Assembly (NCBI GenBank): GCA_050943375.1
Contig: JBMNPB010000007.1
Coordinates: 24,163-88,162 of the forward strand
Length of the DNA: 64,000 nucleotides
Direction of reading: 5' to 3'
From: a bacterium
Lineage (GTDB): Bacteria > Bacillota > SLNR01 > JBMNPB01
This document shows positions 37,646 through 47,947 of the stretch, in pieces. The notes under the pieces are model-generated. The model worked only from the letters and a program-made list of their open reading frames with translations. It was not told the DNA's origin and did not search any database. Each line of letters starts with the position of its first letter. Positions within the stretch are counted from its first letter, which is position 1. The position numbers and the translations under genes are program-made.

Positions 37646-40447
37646 TTATCCGTTCTGCTCGACTATCACAATGTAGTTGTCGTAATCGTAATCCACATAA
37701 GCCCCCAAGGCCTCAGCGCAGAACCGGAAAGGAATCATTGTCCGGCTGTTCAAGATCTCCGGCGCCGTGTCGGACGTAACCCGGACCCCGTTCCGGTAAG
37801 CTGCCTTGTCGCCGATGTACAGGACGATCGTATTGCCGCCGAGCGTCGCCGTAATCTTCTGCCGCGCCGGATTGGAAGCATCATATTCCACATAAGCTCC
37901 CATCGCCTCCGCGAGAGCGCGGTAAGGAATCATTGTCCGGCCGGCAGTGATGTACGGGTGAACATCGGTGAAATCGATATATTTACCGTTGCACCGGACG
38001 AGCGGCCGGGTCGCCGTACCCTTGCGGGCGGTTTCGGCTGCCGTCGTGAAGGAATAAGTCGCCGCCTCGACCGCGTAGCCGTCCGCATCTTCCACATCAT
38101 CGGTGATGTACAGATAATACTTGGTTCCGTATTTCAAGTTGTTGTCGGGATCCACCGTCACCGTCCGGGTCGAGGAAGAGTAATCCACATCGGCCGCGAC
38201 TTTGGCACTGCTGCCGGCTTCTTTCAGATAAATATTGTCGTCATCAATGGTGGAGGACTTCATCGCCCGGGAGAACTTGAACGTAATCTCCTTTTCCACC
38301 GGCACTTTCGTCGCGCCGTCCGCCGGGCTGAGGGAAGATATTTTCGCCTTCTCCGGCGCTGTTCTGAACGTCCAGTTGGAGGCGTATACCGCTGTCCCGT
38401 ACTTGTCCTGGACGCCGGTGGTGACATAGACGGTGTATTCGGTGTCGTACGCGAGGGCGCTCTTCGGCTTCAGCGTTGCCATCCGATCTCCCGAGTCATA
38501 ATCGACCGTGGCGCTGATCTTGGTCGAGGAGCCGGCCTTGCGCAGGCAGATATTCGTCGTATTGATGGTGCTGGATTTCATCGCCGTGGAAAAGGTCATC
38601 TCGATCGTCCCGTCGACCGGGAAGCCGGAACTGCCCGGCGCCGGGGTGCGCTTGATGATGTGCGGGTAATCGTCGTCCATCGTCGTGAAGGACCACTCCA
38701 CCGCCTCTATCTCGTCGCCGTGTTCGTCTTCGACCTCATCGGTCACATAGACGGTGTAGCTCTCATTGTAGCGCAGGTTGCTCTTCGGAGTCAGTGTCAC
38801 CACCCGGGTCGACTCGTTGTACTCGACCGTGGCGGAAATCTTGCTGCTGTACCCGTCCCGGCGCAGAAATACGCTGCCGCTGTCAATCGTATCCTCGTCC
38901 ATATCATCGGAGAATTTGAACGTAATTCGCGTGTCCACCGGGACGTTCGTCGCGTCTTCGGCCGGATATTTATCCTGGACGCGGACATAGTCGGGGCTGG
39001 TCGTGAAATACCAGTTTTCCGCCGTTACCCGATTACCGCTGGTATCCTTCACGTTGTTAGTGATGTAAACATAATAAGTGGTGCTTGACTGCAGTTCGGC
39101 TTTCGGTGTCAGTATTACCGTCTTATTGGAATTGCTGAAGGAAAGCGTTGCACTTATCTTCGTGGAGGAGCCGGACTTCCGCAAATACACCGTGCTGCTC
39201 GTTACTGTTGAGGTGTTGAGCGGCTTATTGAAATCGATAATAATCGGCTGGTCAAACAGAACCCCGCTATCCTTGGCGTCCGGCTCCCGGTCGACAATCA
39301 CCGGCAGTGAGCCCGCCTCGGTGGTGAAAGACCAGGAGGTCGCGCCGACCGAGCGGCCGTTCACATCTTTAAGACGGTTGCTGCCGATAGACACCGTGTA
39401 GGTCGAACTGGCATCGAGAGCGGCCAGGGGTGTCAGGGTAATCTCGCAGCGGCCGTTCACGTTAACCGGCACCACCGAAGCCGCCACAACAGCGGTTCCT
39501 TTTTTCAGAGCGACACCGGCAGTAGTGAAATCGGAGGCCGCCAAATCAAGTTCTTTGTCAAAAATCATCTCGATATCGGAGTCCACATCCACGTTCTTCG
39601 CCCCGCTGCCCGGATTGCGGCTGACTACCGCCGCGGCTGTACTTGGGTTGCCTTGGGTGGTGAAGGTGTAGCTGGCTGCCGCCGCGGCGTTGCCGGCGAG
39701 ATCCTTGATGCCGCCCGCCGCCACCCAGACCTTGTATGTAGTGCTGTAAGCCAAATCACTGGCCGGGTCGAGAATTACCGTGTCACCGCCGGCCACACTC
39801 AGGGCGGCGCTGATCTTGGTGGAACTGCCGTCCTTGGTGAGGTAGATGCTGCTGCTGTTTACCGACCCGGGCAGGATATCCTCACTGAAGGCGACTTCGA
39901 TGTTGCGATTAATCGAAACATTATATTCGCTCCCCGCCGGATCGCAATCTTTGCCGACCAGTTGCGGCGCAGTGCTGTCCTTGGTGATTCCGTGAATGTC
40001 AAACCTGACCGAGCGCAGTGCCACCGACGTATCAGTATCCAGCAGCTGCAGATTCACGGTATATGTCTTGCTGGCCGAAGGTAAGCTGATGGTATTCAAG
40101 GTCGAAGCGGAGCCCGAAGTAATCCCGTCCGGATCGTAAAGCGGGTAATAATACCCGTCCGTGAATATCTCGCCCGTCAGCCGGTAATGCCCCCCCGGCC
40201 CGAGAATATGCTCGACCCTGAGCGTAAAATCGAGGTTGGCGTTCAGAGTAGGCGAATAACCGCTGCTCTCCAAAGTGGCGATGGAAGGCAGTTCAACTTC
40301 ATTCAGCCAGATTCCGGTGAATGACCCGCTCCCGGCCAGAACGGGCGCCGGAAGCGAAACTGACGCCGCGAAAACCAAGAGAGCGAGGATGGCCGCCAGG
40401 CCGGAACGGAAACTTCTTTTCAGGTAATGCATTGGATATCCCTCCAA
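37646..40447 (-). CDS. large cell-surface protein with tandem Ig-like (Big-type) repeats and a C-terminal copper-amine-oxidase-N-type wall-association domain pair
   Basis: The 933-aa ORF has a signal peptide (MHYLKRSFRSGLAAILALLVFAASVSLPAPVLA). It has at least five repeats of about 95 aa (V/IYLRKSGSSTKISATLS...TYYVYITNNVKD...W.FTT) and C-terminal TMIPYRALAEAMGAYVEYD / TMIPFRFCAEALGAYVDYD half-repeats. Confidence 0.8.
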   Translation of the reverse strand: MEGYPMHYLKRSFRSGLAAILALLVFAASVSLPAPVLAGSGSFTGIWLNEVELPSIATLESSGYSPTLNANLDFTLRVEHILGPGGHYRLTGEIFTDGYYYPLYDPDGITSGSASTLNTISLPSASKTYTVNLQLLDTDTSVALRSVRFDIHGITKDSTAPQLVGKDCDPAGSEYNVSINRNIEVAFSEDILPGSVNSSSIYLTKDGSSTKISAALSVAGGDTVILDPASDLAYSTTYKVWVAAGGIKDLAGNAAAAASYTFTTQGNPSTAAAVVSRNPGSGAKNVDVDSDIEMIFDKELDLAASDFTTAGVALKKGTAVVAASVVPVNVNGRCEITLTPLAALDASSTYTVSIGSNRLKDVNGRSVGATSWSFTTEAGSLPVIVDREPDAKDSGVLFDQPIIIDFNKPLNTSTVTSSTVYLRKSGSSTKISATLSFSNSNKTVILTPKAELQSSTTYYVYITNNVKDTSGNRVTAENWYFTTSPDYVRVQDKYPAEDATNVPVDTRITFKFSDDMDEDTIDSGSVFLRRDGYSSKISATVEYNESTRVVTLTPKSNLRYNESYTVYVTDEVEDEHGDEIEAVEWSFTTMDDDYPHIIKRTPAPGSSGFPVDGTIEMTFSTAMKSSTINTTNICLRKAGSSTKISATVDYDSGDRMATLKPKSALAYDTEYTVYVTTGVQDKYGTAVYASNWTFRTAPEKAKISSLSPADGATKVPVEKEITFKFSRAMKSSTIDDDNIYLKEAGSSAKVAADVDYSSSTRTVTVDPDNNLKYGTKYYLYITDDVEDADGYAVEAATYSFTTAAETARKGTATRPLVRCNGKYIDFTDVHPYITAGRTMIPYRALAEAMGAYVEYDASNPARQKITATLGGNTIVLYIGDKAAYRNGVRVTSDTAPEILNSRTMIPFRFCAEALGAYVDYDYDNYIVIVEQNG

Positions 40448-40899
40448 TTTTGAAATTCAAACTGCCGTTACCGGATAATGTCATCCCCCGCACCCCTCTC
40501 CGGGGCGATTCTCACCTCTGGCCATACTCCGGGCTGTGCCTCATCCACCCGCGCCGGCCGCAGGACATTGCTTGGGGCGCGGCGCGGGAACCGCAACCCT
40601 CACGCCCGCAATCGGGCGACGGGAATAATGTACTTGCCGGCAGGGCGTAAACCGCAGAAACGATCCCAGGATGACCGCCCTGACCTGAATATCCCTCATT
40701 CCCTGCCCTTCGCGTGCAACAAAAGCCGGGAGAGCCATTCCTCACCCCCTCGCTGCCTCCGCCAAAATTGGGCAAGGAGGAAAAGAAACGGGCCAAGAGC
40801 AGGCTGAGAGACGGTTAAAGACATGGCGACAAGATGAGAATGAGGACAGTAGAACGCGACATATCCGGTATTCACTTATTAATTCGGTAACCAGTCTAT

Positions 40900-41410
40900 T
40901 ATTTAGACGGAGGACGACCCTCCTTTGTTTCCTATTCTACCATTTATTTGTCGACTTTTTAAGACAAACCGGGAATTTCTCTGTCGCCGCCGGATAAAAA
41001 GCAGGAATCGCCCGGCGCATTCTTTGGAACGGGGCGACTCTTGCTGGATTTGAATGAAAGGACGCGAAAAAAGTTTGTCCGTTGACAAGGGGACAACGCA
41101 AATCTAAGCCTCCCTTGTCAAAGAGAAGTAGCGGCGCAGCCGTCGGTTTCCAATGCCCGCGTAGCCTTACTTTTGTCATTGCGAGGAGCCGGTGCTCTTC
41201 CGGCGACGCGGCAATCTCTCCCGCATAGTAAGTGCCACCACCGCTTTGCCGGATTTTTCCCTCACCGGTACTGCGGCCCGGAAAGACGAGGTTTCCTACG
41301 TAACGGTTTGAGCGGGGATGCGGGCAGGCACTCACACAGCCAATCCTCCTGTCGCCGATCGGCGCATCCCCCTTTGACAAGGGGGACAACATTAATCTAA
41401 GCCTCTCTTG
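40900..41410. repeat. repeat island: inverted family A copy (41150-41310) flanked by family B palindromes (41095-41125 and 41368-41400)
   Basis: The sequence is the reverse complement of the 37419-37570 unit. CCCCTTTGACAAGGGGGACAAC and CTTGTCAAAGAG motifs are present. Confidence 0.75.
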
Positions 41411-41789
41411 CCAATGGGAGGCGACAGCGAAGCCGGCGGAGGGACTCGGAGCACGGATTCCCTCGCCAGTAAAATCACCCGTATCGTCCCGCCTATGTCA
41501 CAATTCATGATAGAAATCCCGCCATTATCCGGCCTTTATCTGCTTTTCTCTTGCAATAACCGTTCTGACATCAATGCCCGCTTCATAATAAACCAAGGCG
41601 CTGACGTTATATCCGCGGTGTAAGTGCCGGCCTGCTTCTCTTTATGCTCGCACACCCTTCTTTTCAGGTTGTTGGTTATACCCGTGGACAGAACCGTATG
41701 AGTTTTGTTAGGCAGGTTATGACGAAATAATCCTTTGTCATTACAAGCACCTCTAAGCCAAAGATTACCGCGCCATGGGAAACAAGGGT

Positions 41790-42447
41790 TCCCGCCGCCT
41801 GAGTTTCGTTGCGAATAACTTGCTGCCGGGCAACGCGGGTACAAGAACTGATCCGGAGTTTGCCGCGTCGCCGGGAAAGCGCCGGCTCCTCGCAATGACA
41901 AGGGCCGGGCGATGCGGGTCCAAGGTTACGAAACCAAAGGGTTACATACTTCCGTGAAGGTATCTGCTCCCCAGGAAAGCTCTATCTGGACAATACGGAT
42001 TCGTGGCGCTCAGCCGGAGATTGCCGCGTCGACGGGAGAGCACCGGCTCCTCGCAATGACAGTAGTTGGGCGATGCGGGCCCAAGGTTACGAAACCTAAG
42101 GGTTACGTCCCTCAGTGAAAGTAGCAACTCTGCAAAACAAAACTATCTGGACAATGCGGGTACATGGCACTGAGCCGGAGATTGCCGCGTCGCCGGAACA
42201 GTGCCGGCTCCTCGCAATGACAGTAGTTGGGCGATGCGGGCCCAAGGTTACGAAACCTAAGGTTTACATCCTTCCGCGAAGGTATCTGCTCCCCAGGAAA
42301 GCTCTATCTGGACAATGCGGCTTCGTGGCGCTCAGCCGGAGATTGCCGCGTCGCCGGAAAAGCGCCGGCTCCTCGCAATGACAAGGGCCGGGCGATGCGG
42401 GTCCAAGGTTACGAAACCTAAGGTTTACATACTTCCGCGAAGGTATT
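41790..42447 (+). repeat. tandem array of about four units of about 160 bp, each containing a family A core
   Basis: Cores begin at about 41860, 42017, 42177 and 42339, with spacings of 157-162 bp. Each unit has the form gagattgccgcgtcgNcggRaRagcRccggctcctcgcaatgaca..gggcgatgcgggYccaaggttacgaaaccWaaggKttacRt..ggacaatRcgg..tcgtggcgctcagccg. The inter-core sequence is also conserved, so the array is not CRISPR-like. Confidence 0.8.
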
Positions 42448-42520
42448 ATGCAGGAAACTCACTCCGTACTACATACCATTCCCAATGAAGCCGGCGGCAT
42501 AGATGTGGGGTAACCCCGGA

Positions 42521-42556
42521 CGTAAAGGAAGACCCTCCATCACTGGAGGGTCTTCC
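42521..42556 (-). terminator. putative terminator after the 959-aa surface-protein gene
   Basis: A 13-bp perfect stem (ggaagaccctcca-tcac-tggagggtcttcc) sits 10 nt after the stop codon. The U-tract is weak. Confidence 0.45.
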
Positions 42557-42566
42557 GGATAGGCTG

Positions 42567-45446
42567 TTATTTCGTCAGGGTAATGACCTCGGTGCCGAAG
42601 TTGTAGTCGACATAGAACCCGAAGGCTTCACCGACGAAGCGGAGAGGCACAACGGTCCGGCCGTCAACGACCTTCGGAGCTACTTCGAGGGTCTGCTCGA
42701 CACCGTTCACCGAAGCGACGGTGGAACCGATGGTCAGCCAGACTTCGTCGACGGTATTCTCGTCAACCCGGAGCCGGTAGCAGACCTTGTCGGGAGCAAT
42801 GAACTCGACGTAGGCACCGATGGCTTCCGCGATGTAGCGGAACGGAACCAGAGTGCGGCCGTTCTCGGCGAACGGAGCAACATCGAGAGTGCTCATCGAG
42901 CCGTTGGCAACGGCGGTCTTGTTGCCGAGCTGCATGGTGATGACACCAGCGCCGGCAGCATCAAGAGAGACTTTGATTTCGCCTTCGGCATACTCATCTT
43001 TAACGTCGGTTTCGACCTTAACTGTGATCTTGCCGGTAGATACGGGCTTGATCTTGAAGGTAACCTGGCCGTTTTCGTCAGTCTCGCTCTCGGCGGTCAA
43101 AGGACCGGTGAGTTCGACATCCTTCTCAGCATACGGCTTACCATGAGCGTCAAGAACCGTAATCGTAACGGTGGACACAACGTCGACACCGATGGCCGCC
43201 GGGGAAGCGGTGATGCTCATGCCGACAACTTCGATCTCGGCAACTTCCACACGCGGGCCGTCATCGATCTCAACTTCGAAGGTCAGGAGCATCGGCTCGT
43301 CATCGTCATCCTCTTCGTAAGCGAGGATGTCGAATTCGGCCTCGCCGTCACCCATGTCGATATCGAACTCCTCCGCGTCGTCACCAATGTCTGCCAGTTT
43401 ATCGCCATCAATCGCAAGGGTGCAGTTGTCGGGAGTGATATACAGATACGCGTCTTCGATCACGCTGTCGTCCCGCGGGTCAACCAGCTTGACTTCCCAG
43501 TTTTCTTCAACCATGTAAGTCAGCTTGGTGTCTTCGTTGGGGAGAACGAGCTTCGGCGCGAGGACTTCGATAGTTGTCTTGCCGATGAACTCGCCGTTGT
43601 CGGTCTTGAAGACAAGGTCAAGCTCTTCCGCTTCGTCGTGGACAAAGGAGAAGGAGTAGACGTTACCGTCACGGTCGAGCTCGATGTCTTCGCCATCGAT
43701 GGTAACGTATGCATTGCTATCTTTCACATACGCGCCGTCCTCGTCCTTAACGGTGAATTCAACGTCTTCTTTTAGTCCGGCTACGAGCTGCTCAGGAGCG
43801 TCAACGTCGTAGACGTCCTCGCCTTCGACATCGATCTTCACGTAGGTCATTGGTGTTCCGTCAACCTTGGTCACCAGCACAAATGCGGTGCCGACTTCGT
43901 TGAAGCGGACAGTCCTTGTGTAAATGCCGTTGTTGATGTTGGTTTTGCTGGAATCGATTTCTTCGAAATCAATCCAGTCTTCGTCGTCATCATCGTACTC
44001 ATCCGCATCGTAGTCATTGATTGAGTCTGGATTAAAGACGTCATCCCAATCCCAGTCAAAATCTTCATTGTCAACTTTCAGATAGACGACCGCGTTGTTG
44101 ACCGGGGTCTCGTCGGTCTTGGTCACGACAGCCTTGAACTCGTACTTATCTTCATAAGTAGCGGTCTCCGGGGTTACAGTGACGACCCAACCGTCAACCT
44201 TGATCTTCTCGGTCTTGGTCACTTTGTCGCCGTCTACCATAGTCGCGACGGCGGTAACCAGGATCTCGCCACCGCACTCGGGAAGGAGTCCCTCAAAAGT
44301 ATATGAGTTATCGGGAATCGATTCATCATCAACTGTCGCATCTTCATCGATGCCGCAACCTTCAACTGTAATCTTAACCTTCTCGATGTTCTCGCCGATA
44401 CCGTCACCGTCGTCATCCCAGAACTCAACCTCGAGATCGAGTTCTTTGACCGCGTCGACTTCGGTGTCGCTGAGGGAAATGTTGAAGGAAGAAGGTCTGA
44501 CGACTTTGATGGTGGTTTCACCTTCGTAGTCTCCATCTTTATCCGCTGTTACCTTGGCAGTACCAGCCTTCGGGAATTTTACAGTGATAGTGACTTTGCC
44601 GCCATCGACTGTCGTCCCAGACGCTTCGTAATCACCGAGAGTGATTTCGACGTCAGCGCCAATTACCGGCTTGCTGCCGTCTTTTACAGTAACTTCAATT
44701 ACTTCCGCCCGATCTCTGATGACGGAGGACTTGTTGACTTTAACTGACAGCGTGTCTTTCGCTGCAACTTCAAATTCATCGTATTCGATTTCGTTGTCAT
44801 CGCCGTCATCGCCACCAATCCACGGGCACTCGAGCATTACCACATAGTCGCCAGCCTTATCAAACTTGGCAGCCAGAGCGAAGGAACCGTTGGAAGCCGC
44901 TCTGGTCGAGGCAATAGCGTCACCCCTGCTATCGCCGGATTTGACAATGTACACATATGGTCTGTCTTCGAGGCTGTAGCCGGCGCCGTCTTTTACAGTA
45001 CCGGTGATGGTCTTGGTGTCACCGATCTTGATTGACGGAATGGTCAAGCTCATGTCATGCTTGGTTGTGACAGTCGTTGAAGCTAATCCGTCAGGAATAG
45101 CGCTCTCTACAAGGTCTACCACATCATCATCGATTACAATTTTGTAATCCTCGTTGTGGTCATCCGCGGCATTGATTACAACATTGAAAGAACCCGAGGA
45201 GAAAGGTCCTCCATGCGCGACGCGCTTGTTACTTCCCACCTCAAACACACCGTAGTACAAATCATCTCTGTTCGCCTTATCATCTTTCAATACAGTAACA
45301 CGAACAGTATTGGTAGTGGCTGTGAGTATGTACTCGTCGGCTTCGACCTTATAGACCGGGCCGTCAGCAAAGACCGGCGCAACGACACCGAATGTGCTGA
45401 GAAGCATAGCCAATGTCACAACTATGGCTATAAGTTTCTTCTGCAT
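42567..45446 (-). CDS. large, highly acidic cell-surface protein with a C-terminal copper-amine-oxidase-N-type domain pair
   Basis: The 959-aa ORF has a signal peptide (MQKKLIAIVVTLAMLLSTFGVVAPVFA) and Asp/Glu-rich beta-type repeats. The C-terminus carries TLVPFRYIAEAIGAYVEF / RTVVPLRFVGEAFGFYVDY, matching the wall domain of the 933-aa protein. Confidence 0.8.
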   Translation of the reverse strand: MQKKLIAIVVTLAMLLSTFGVVAPVFADGPVYKVEADEYILTATTNTVRVTVLKDDKANRDDLYYGVFEVGSNKRVAHGGPFSSGSFNVVINAADDHNEDYKIVIDDDVVDLVESAIPDGLASTTVTTKHDMSLTIPSIKIGDTKTITGTVKDGAGYSLEDRPYVYIVKSGDSRGDAIASTRAASNGSFALAAKFDKAGDYVVMLECPWIGGDDGDDNEIEYDEFEVAAKDTLSVKVNKSSVIRDRAEVIEVTVKDGSKPVIGADVEITLGDYEASGTTVDGGKVTITVKFPKAGTAKVTADKDGDYEGETTIKVVRPSSFNISLSDTEVDAVKELDLEVEFWDDDGDGIGENIEKVKITVEGCGIDEDATVDDESIPDNSYTFEGLLPECGGEILVTAVATMVDGDKVTKTEKIKVDGWVVTVTPETATYEDKYEFKAVVTKTDETPVNNAVVYLKVDNEDFDWDWDDVFNPDSINDYDADEYDDDDEDWIDFEEIDSSKTNINNGIYTRTVRFNEVGTAFVLVTKVDGTPMTYVKIDVEGEDVYDVDAPEQLVAGLKEDVEFTVKDEDGAYVKDSNAYVTIDGEDIELDRDGNVYSFSFVHDEAEELDLVFKTDNGEFIGKTTIEVLAPKLVLPNEDTKLTYMVEENWEVKLVDPRDDSVIEDAYLYITPDNCTLAIDGDKLADIGDDAEEFDIDMGDGEAEFDILAYEEDDDDEPMLLTFEVEIDDGPRVEVAEIEVVGMSITASPAAIGVDVVSTVTITVLDAHGKPYAEKDVELTGPLTAESETDENGQVTFKIKPVSTGKITVKVETDVKDEYAEGEIKVSLDAAGAGVITMQLGNKTAVANGSMSTLDVAPFAENGRTLVPFRYIAEAIGAYVEFIAPDKVCYRLRVDENTVDEVWLTIGSTVASVNGVEQTLEVAPKVVDGRTVVPLRFVGEAFGFYVDYNFGTEVITLTK

Positions 45447-46454
45447 CTTACGAATTTCCCTCCCTTTGATATTTCTTCTTGCTCACGATCCTCCTGAGCC
45501 AAACACGGAAAGACAAATGAGTTTATTTTCTACCCATCCCCTCCCTTCGGAAGTTTCATATTCCTTACAAAACCGATTACCTATCTATATGCCTATACAC
45601 CTTCCGGTAAGATTGTCCGACCAAAAGACTAAATCTTACGCCGGAAGGCGTCGCAGCCTTGTGAAGCAGAGTGTCCGAAGTCCGGAGCGACGAAACCGGG
45701 AACCGGGTCCGAGGCTTCAGACTATTGACTTGATTCCTGATTTCGGTTGTCAAAGATCAGCCGCCGGGAATAAAGTGGCTTAATATGATATCTTTTCTAC
45801 ACCGCGCAGATAATTCCTGCTCCGCCGGCCGCCGCGCCGATAAGTAAGTTTTGGGGCGGCATGGATAATCTGGCAACGCATTTTCCATATATTAGTACGG
45901 AGCTGACCCCGGATATAGAACGCTGAATTGTCAAAGAGCGGAATGCGTAAACAAATTGATATCCGAGAAAGACCGGACATTTGAAACAGGGGAAAAATAA
46001 GCCAAGCATGGAGTTTACATACAATTATAGCATGCAATGGGTTAAGCGTCAACGAATTCTCTGGCGGAGAGCCGTCAGAATAATTCCCCATTATTTCCGG
46101 ACAACTCGTTTACCGGCCAGGCGCAGAAAAATTCATTTTATTCCCTGTAACTGAATACTTATTCTGGACACTGCTACCGATTCCTGCCGGATTCCGGTGG
46201 ATTCTTCAATTTTTTTACATGATACCGGGAGACAAGTTTTGTTGCTGCCTTTTATTGTCGTAAAGAGGCTGGGGGAAGTTCCCCGTAATCGCCGGATTTG
46301 TGAAAAAAATTTACGGTAAACCGGAAAGGGGTATGCAGAGAGGCATTGTTATATATTATGAAGGAACCGGCGGAAAGTACCGTCTCCTGCCGCCGGGCAT
46401 CAAGAGAAATGGCCAGGTGCATAGAGTAGTTTCCTGCATCAGAAGGGAGGAAAC

Positions 46455-46520
46455 CCGAGATTGCCGCGTCGCCTTCTTCTGAGAGTATTACTGCCGGGCG
46501 GCTCCTCGCAAAGACACAGG
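46455..46520 (+). repeat. family A repeat copy (degenerate)
   Basis: aaacccgagattgccgcgtcgcc...gctcctcgcaaagacacaggcaaggctacgctggc. Confidence 0.7.
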
Positions 46521-46783
46521 CAAGGCTACGCTGGCAAAGTAAAGGCGGGTCACCGGCCCCGACCGGTTGAACCCTGATACCCTGCCCTTCTCCAGAGATC
46601 AAGCGATAAGTGCGGGTCGCAGGGAACGACGCCCCGTCGCTCCCTGTTGCGGTGCTTGCTTGTCGGTCAAACCTGATCCATTTGTAGGGATGGCCCTCGT
46701 CGTTCCGGACCGCAGCGCCATGCCGGCAGGCGTATCCCCCGCCCGATACACCCTCTCCCCGGACGCCGTCCGTCCCTCTCCGT

Positions 46784-47485
46784 TTACGGCAATACCGGGT
46801 ATCCCGGCAAATAAGGAGCGATGCCGGCAAGCAGGAAGACGGCGATGAGCGCCACGGCGATCAGGAATACAATCAGAGCCGCAACCGGGACGAGGATAGT
46901 AAGCACGGCGCGGCCGGTGGAGAGGCCGTGCACTGCCTGGACGGCATTCACCATGAGGACAACGGACCAGATGAAGACAGCAAAAGCAAGGATATTATAT
47001 ATCCACTCCAGACGCCCCCGGGCAAGCAAGGCAGCCGGCGCGAGGAAGATGCCCGGCAGGCCGGTAAAGCCGAGAGCGACGAAAAGATGATAGCCGCGCC
47101 CGGTGCCGCCGAAGAATTCGGCCAGCAGATGCAGGACGGCCGTGCTCAGGAACCAGCCGGCGGCGCCGCCCAGCAGACTGAGCGGGAATAGGACGAAGAG
47201 CAAGACAGACCGGACCGCCGCCGGCAGTTCGTCACCCGCGACGTAGCCGGCCGAGACGGCCGAGAGAAGCTGGGTAATGAGAAAGACAAGCACGGCCGCC
47301 CCCAGGGGGTGGTCGCGGGCTATCTTCGCGAACGTCGCGGCCGGGGTGAAGAGGACGCCGTACAGGAGCTCGAAGAAGGTGTCCCGGCCGGGCGGCGGCG
47401 GATTCTCCGCCGGGGACGCCGCGGGGGCCGGCCGGTCGGCGGCCGGGGTATTCCCGGCATCGAATTGGTTTTCGTTGTCGTTCAT
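46784..47485 (-). CDS. Yip1-domain membrane protein
   Basis: The start was moved to MNDNENQFDAG at 47485, which has the RBS AAGGAGG. The product is a Pro/Ala-rich N-terminal tail followed by five TM helices of Yip1 type (FFELLYGVLFTPAATF...). Confidence 0.65.
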   Translation of the reverse strand: MNDNENQFDAGNTPAADRPAPAASPAENPPPPGRDTFFELLYGVLFTPAATFAKIARDHPLGAAVLVFLITQLLSAVSAGYVAGDELPAAVRSVLLFVLFPLSLLGGAAGWFLSTAVLHLLAEFFGGTGRGYHLFVALGFTGLPGIFLAPAALLARGRLEWIYNILAFAVFIWSVVLMVNAVQAVHGLSTGRAVLTILVPVAALIVFLIAVALIAVFLLAGIAPYLPGYPVLP

Positions 47486-47689
47486 GGTTTCAGCCTCCTT
47501 GGTGGTAAATTGCCGGACCATCGCCGCCATTGCTCCAGGCGCGCCTGATAACAGCGCCGTCCGTCTTGTTTCCGGCACGCTCCCGGGGCGTCCCGATCCT
47601 CACCCCTATCCCCTCTCCCGCATCGGGAGAGAGGAATTAGCGCAGTTGGGCGGCGGGATAACCGCATCGGGAAGGAGAAGCGGGCAGGC

Positions 47690-47830
47690 GCCCGTGCAGC
47701 CTTACTTTTGTCATTGCGAGGAGCCGGTGCTCTTCCGGCGACGCGGCAATCTCTCCCGCATAGTAAGTGCCCCCGCCGCTTTGCCGGTTTTGCCCCGGCC
47801 GCACCGCGGCCCGGAGCGGCGAGAGCGTCG
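47690..47830 (-). repeat. family A repeat unit (inverted orientation)
   Basis: ccttacttttgtcattgcgaggagccggtgctcttccggcgacgcggcaatctctcccgcatagtaagtgcc... is the reverse complement of the 37419-37570 unit. Confidence 0.75.
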
Positions 47831-47947
47831 CTCCCTACAATTACGGCCGGGTTTTGCCCTGGCCGGCACCGCGGCACGGACGGCGGGGGCAAGCCCAACG
47901 AATACGTCCCGCCGCCCAGTCCCGAAAAGAGGAGCCGGGGATGAGGG

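Noticed and set aside
36681-42421. ORFs of 60-545 aa inside the repeat islands, for example 36681..37415, 37451..39088 (+), 40937..41392, 41912..42118, 42115..42381 and 47482..48267
   Set aside because: Their shared peptides (GRDCRVAGRAPAPRNDK, RLLAMT, MRVQGYET) are frame translations of the DNA repeats. There are no RBSs. The rest of each ORF is GC-skew-driven low-complexity Arg/Pro/Ala sequence, or antisense to the surface-protein gene.
41790-42447. Possible CRISPR array, given regularly spaced repeats of about 40 bp
   Set aside because: The sequence between the cores is itself conserved from unit to unit. The units are about 160 bp and no cas genes are present. This is a tandem duplication or satellite, not a repeat-spacer array.
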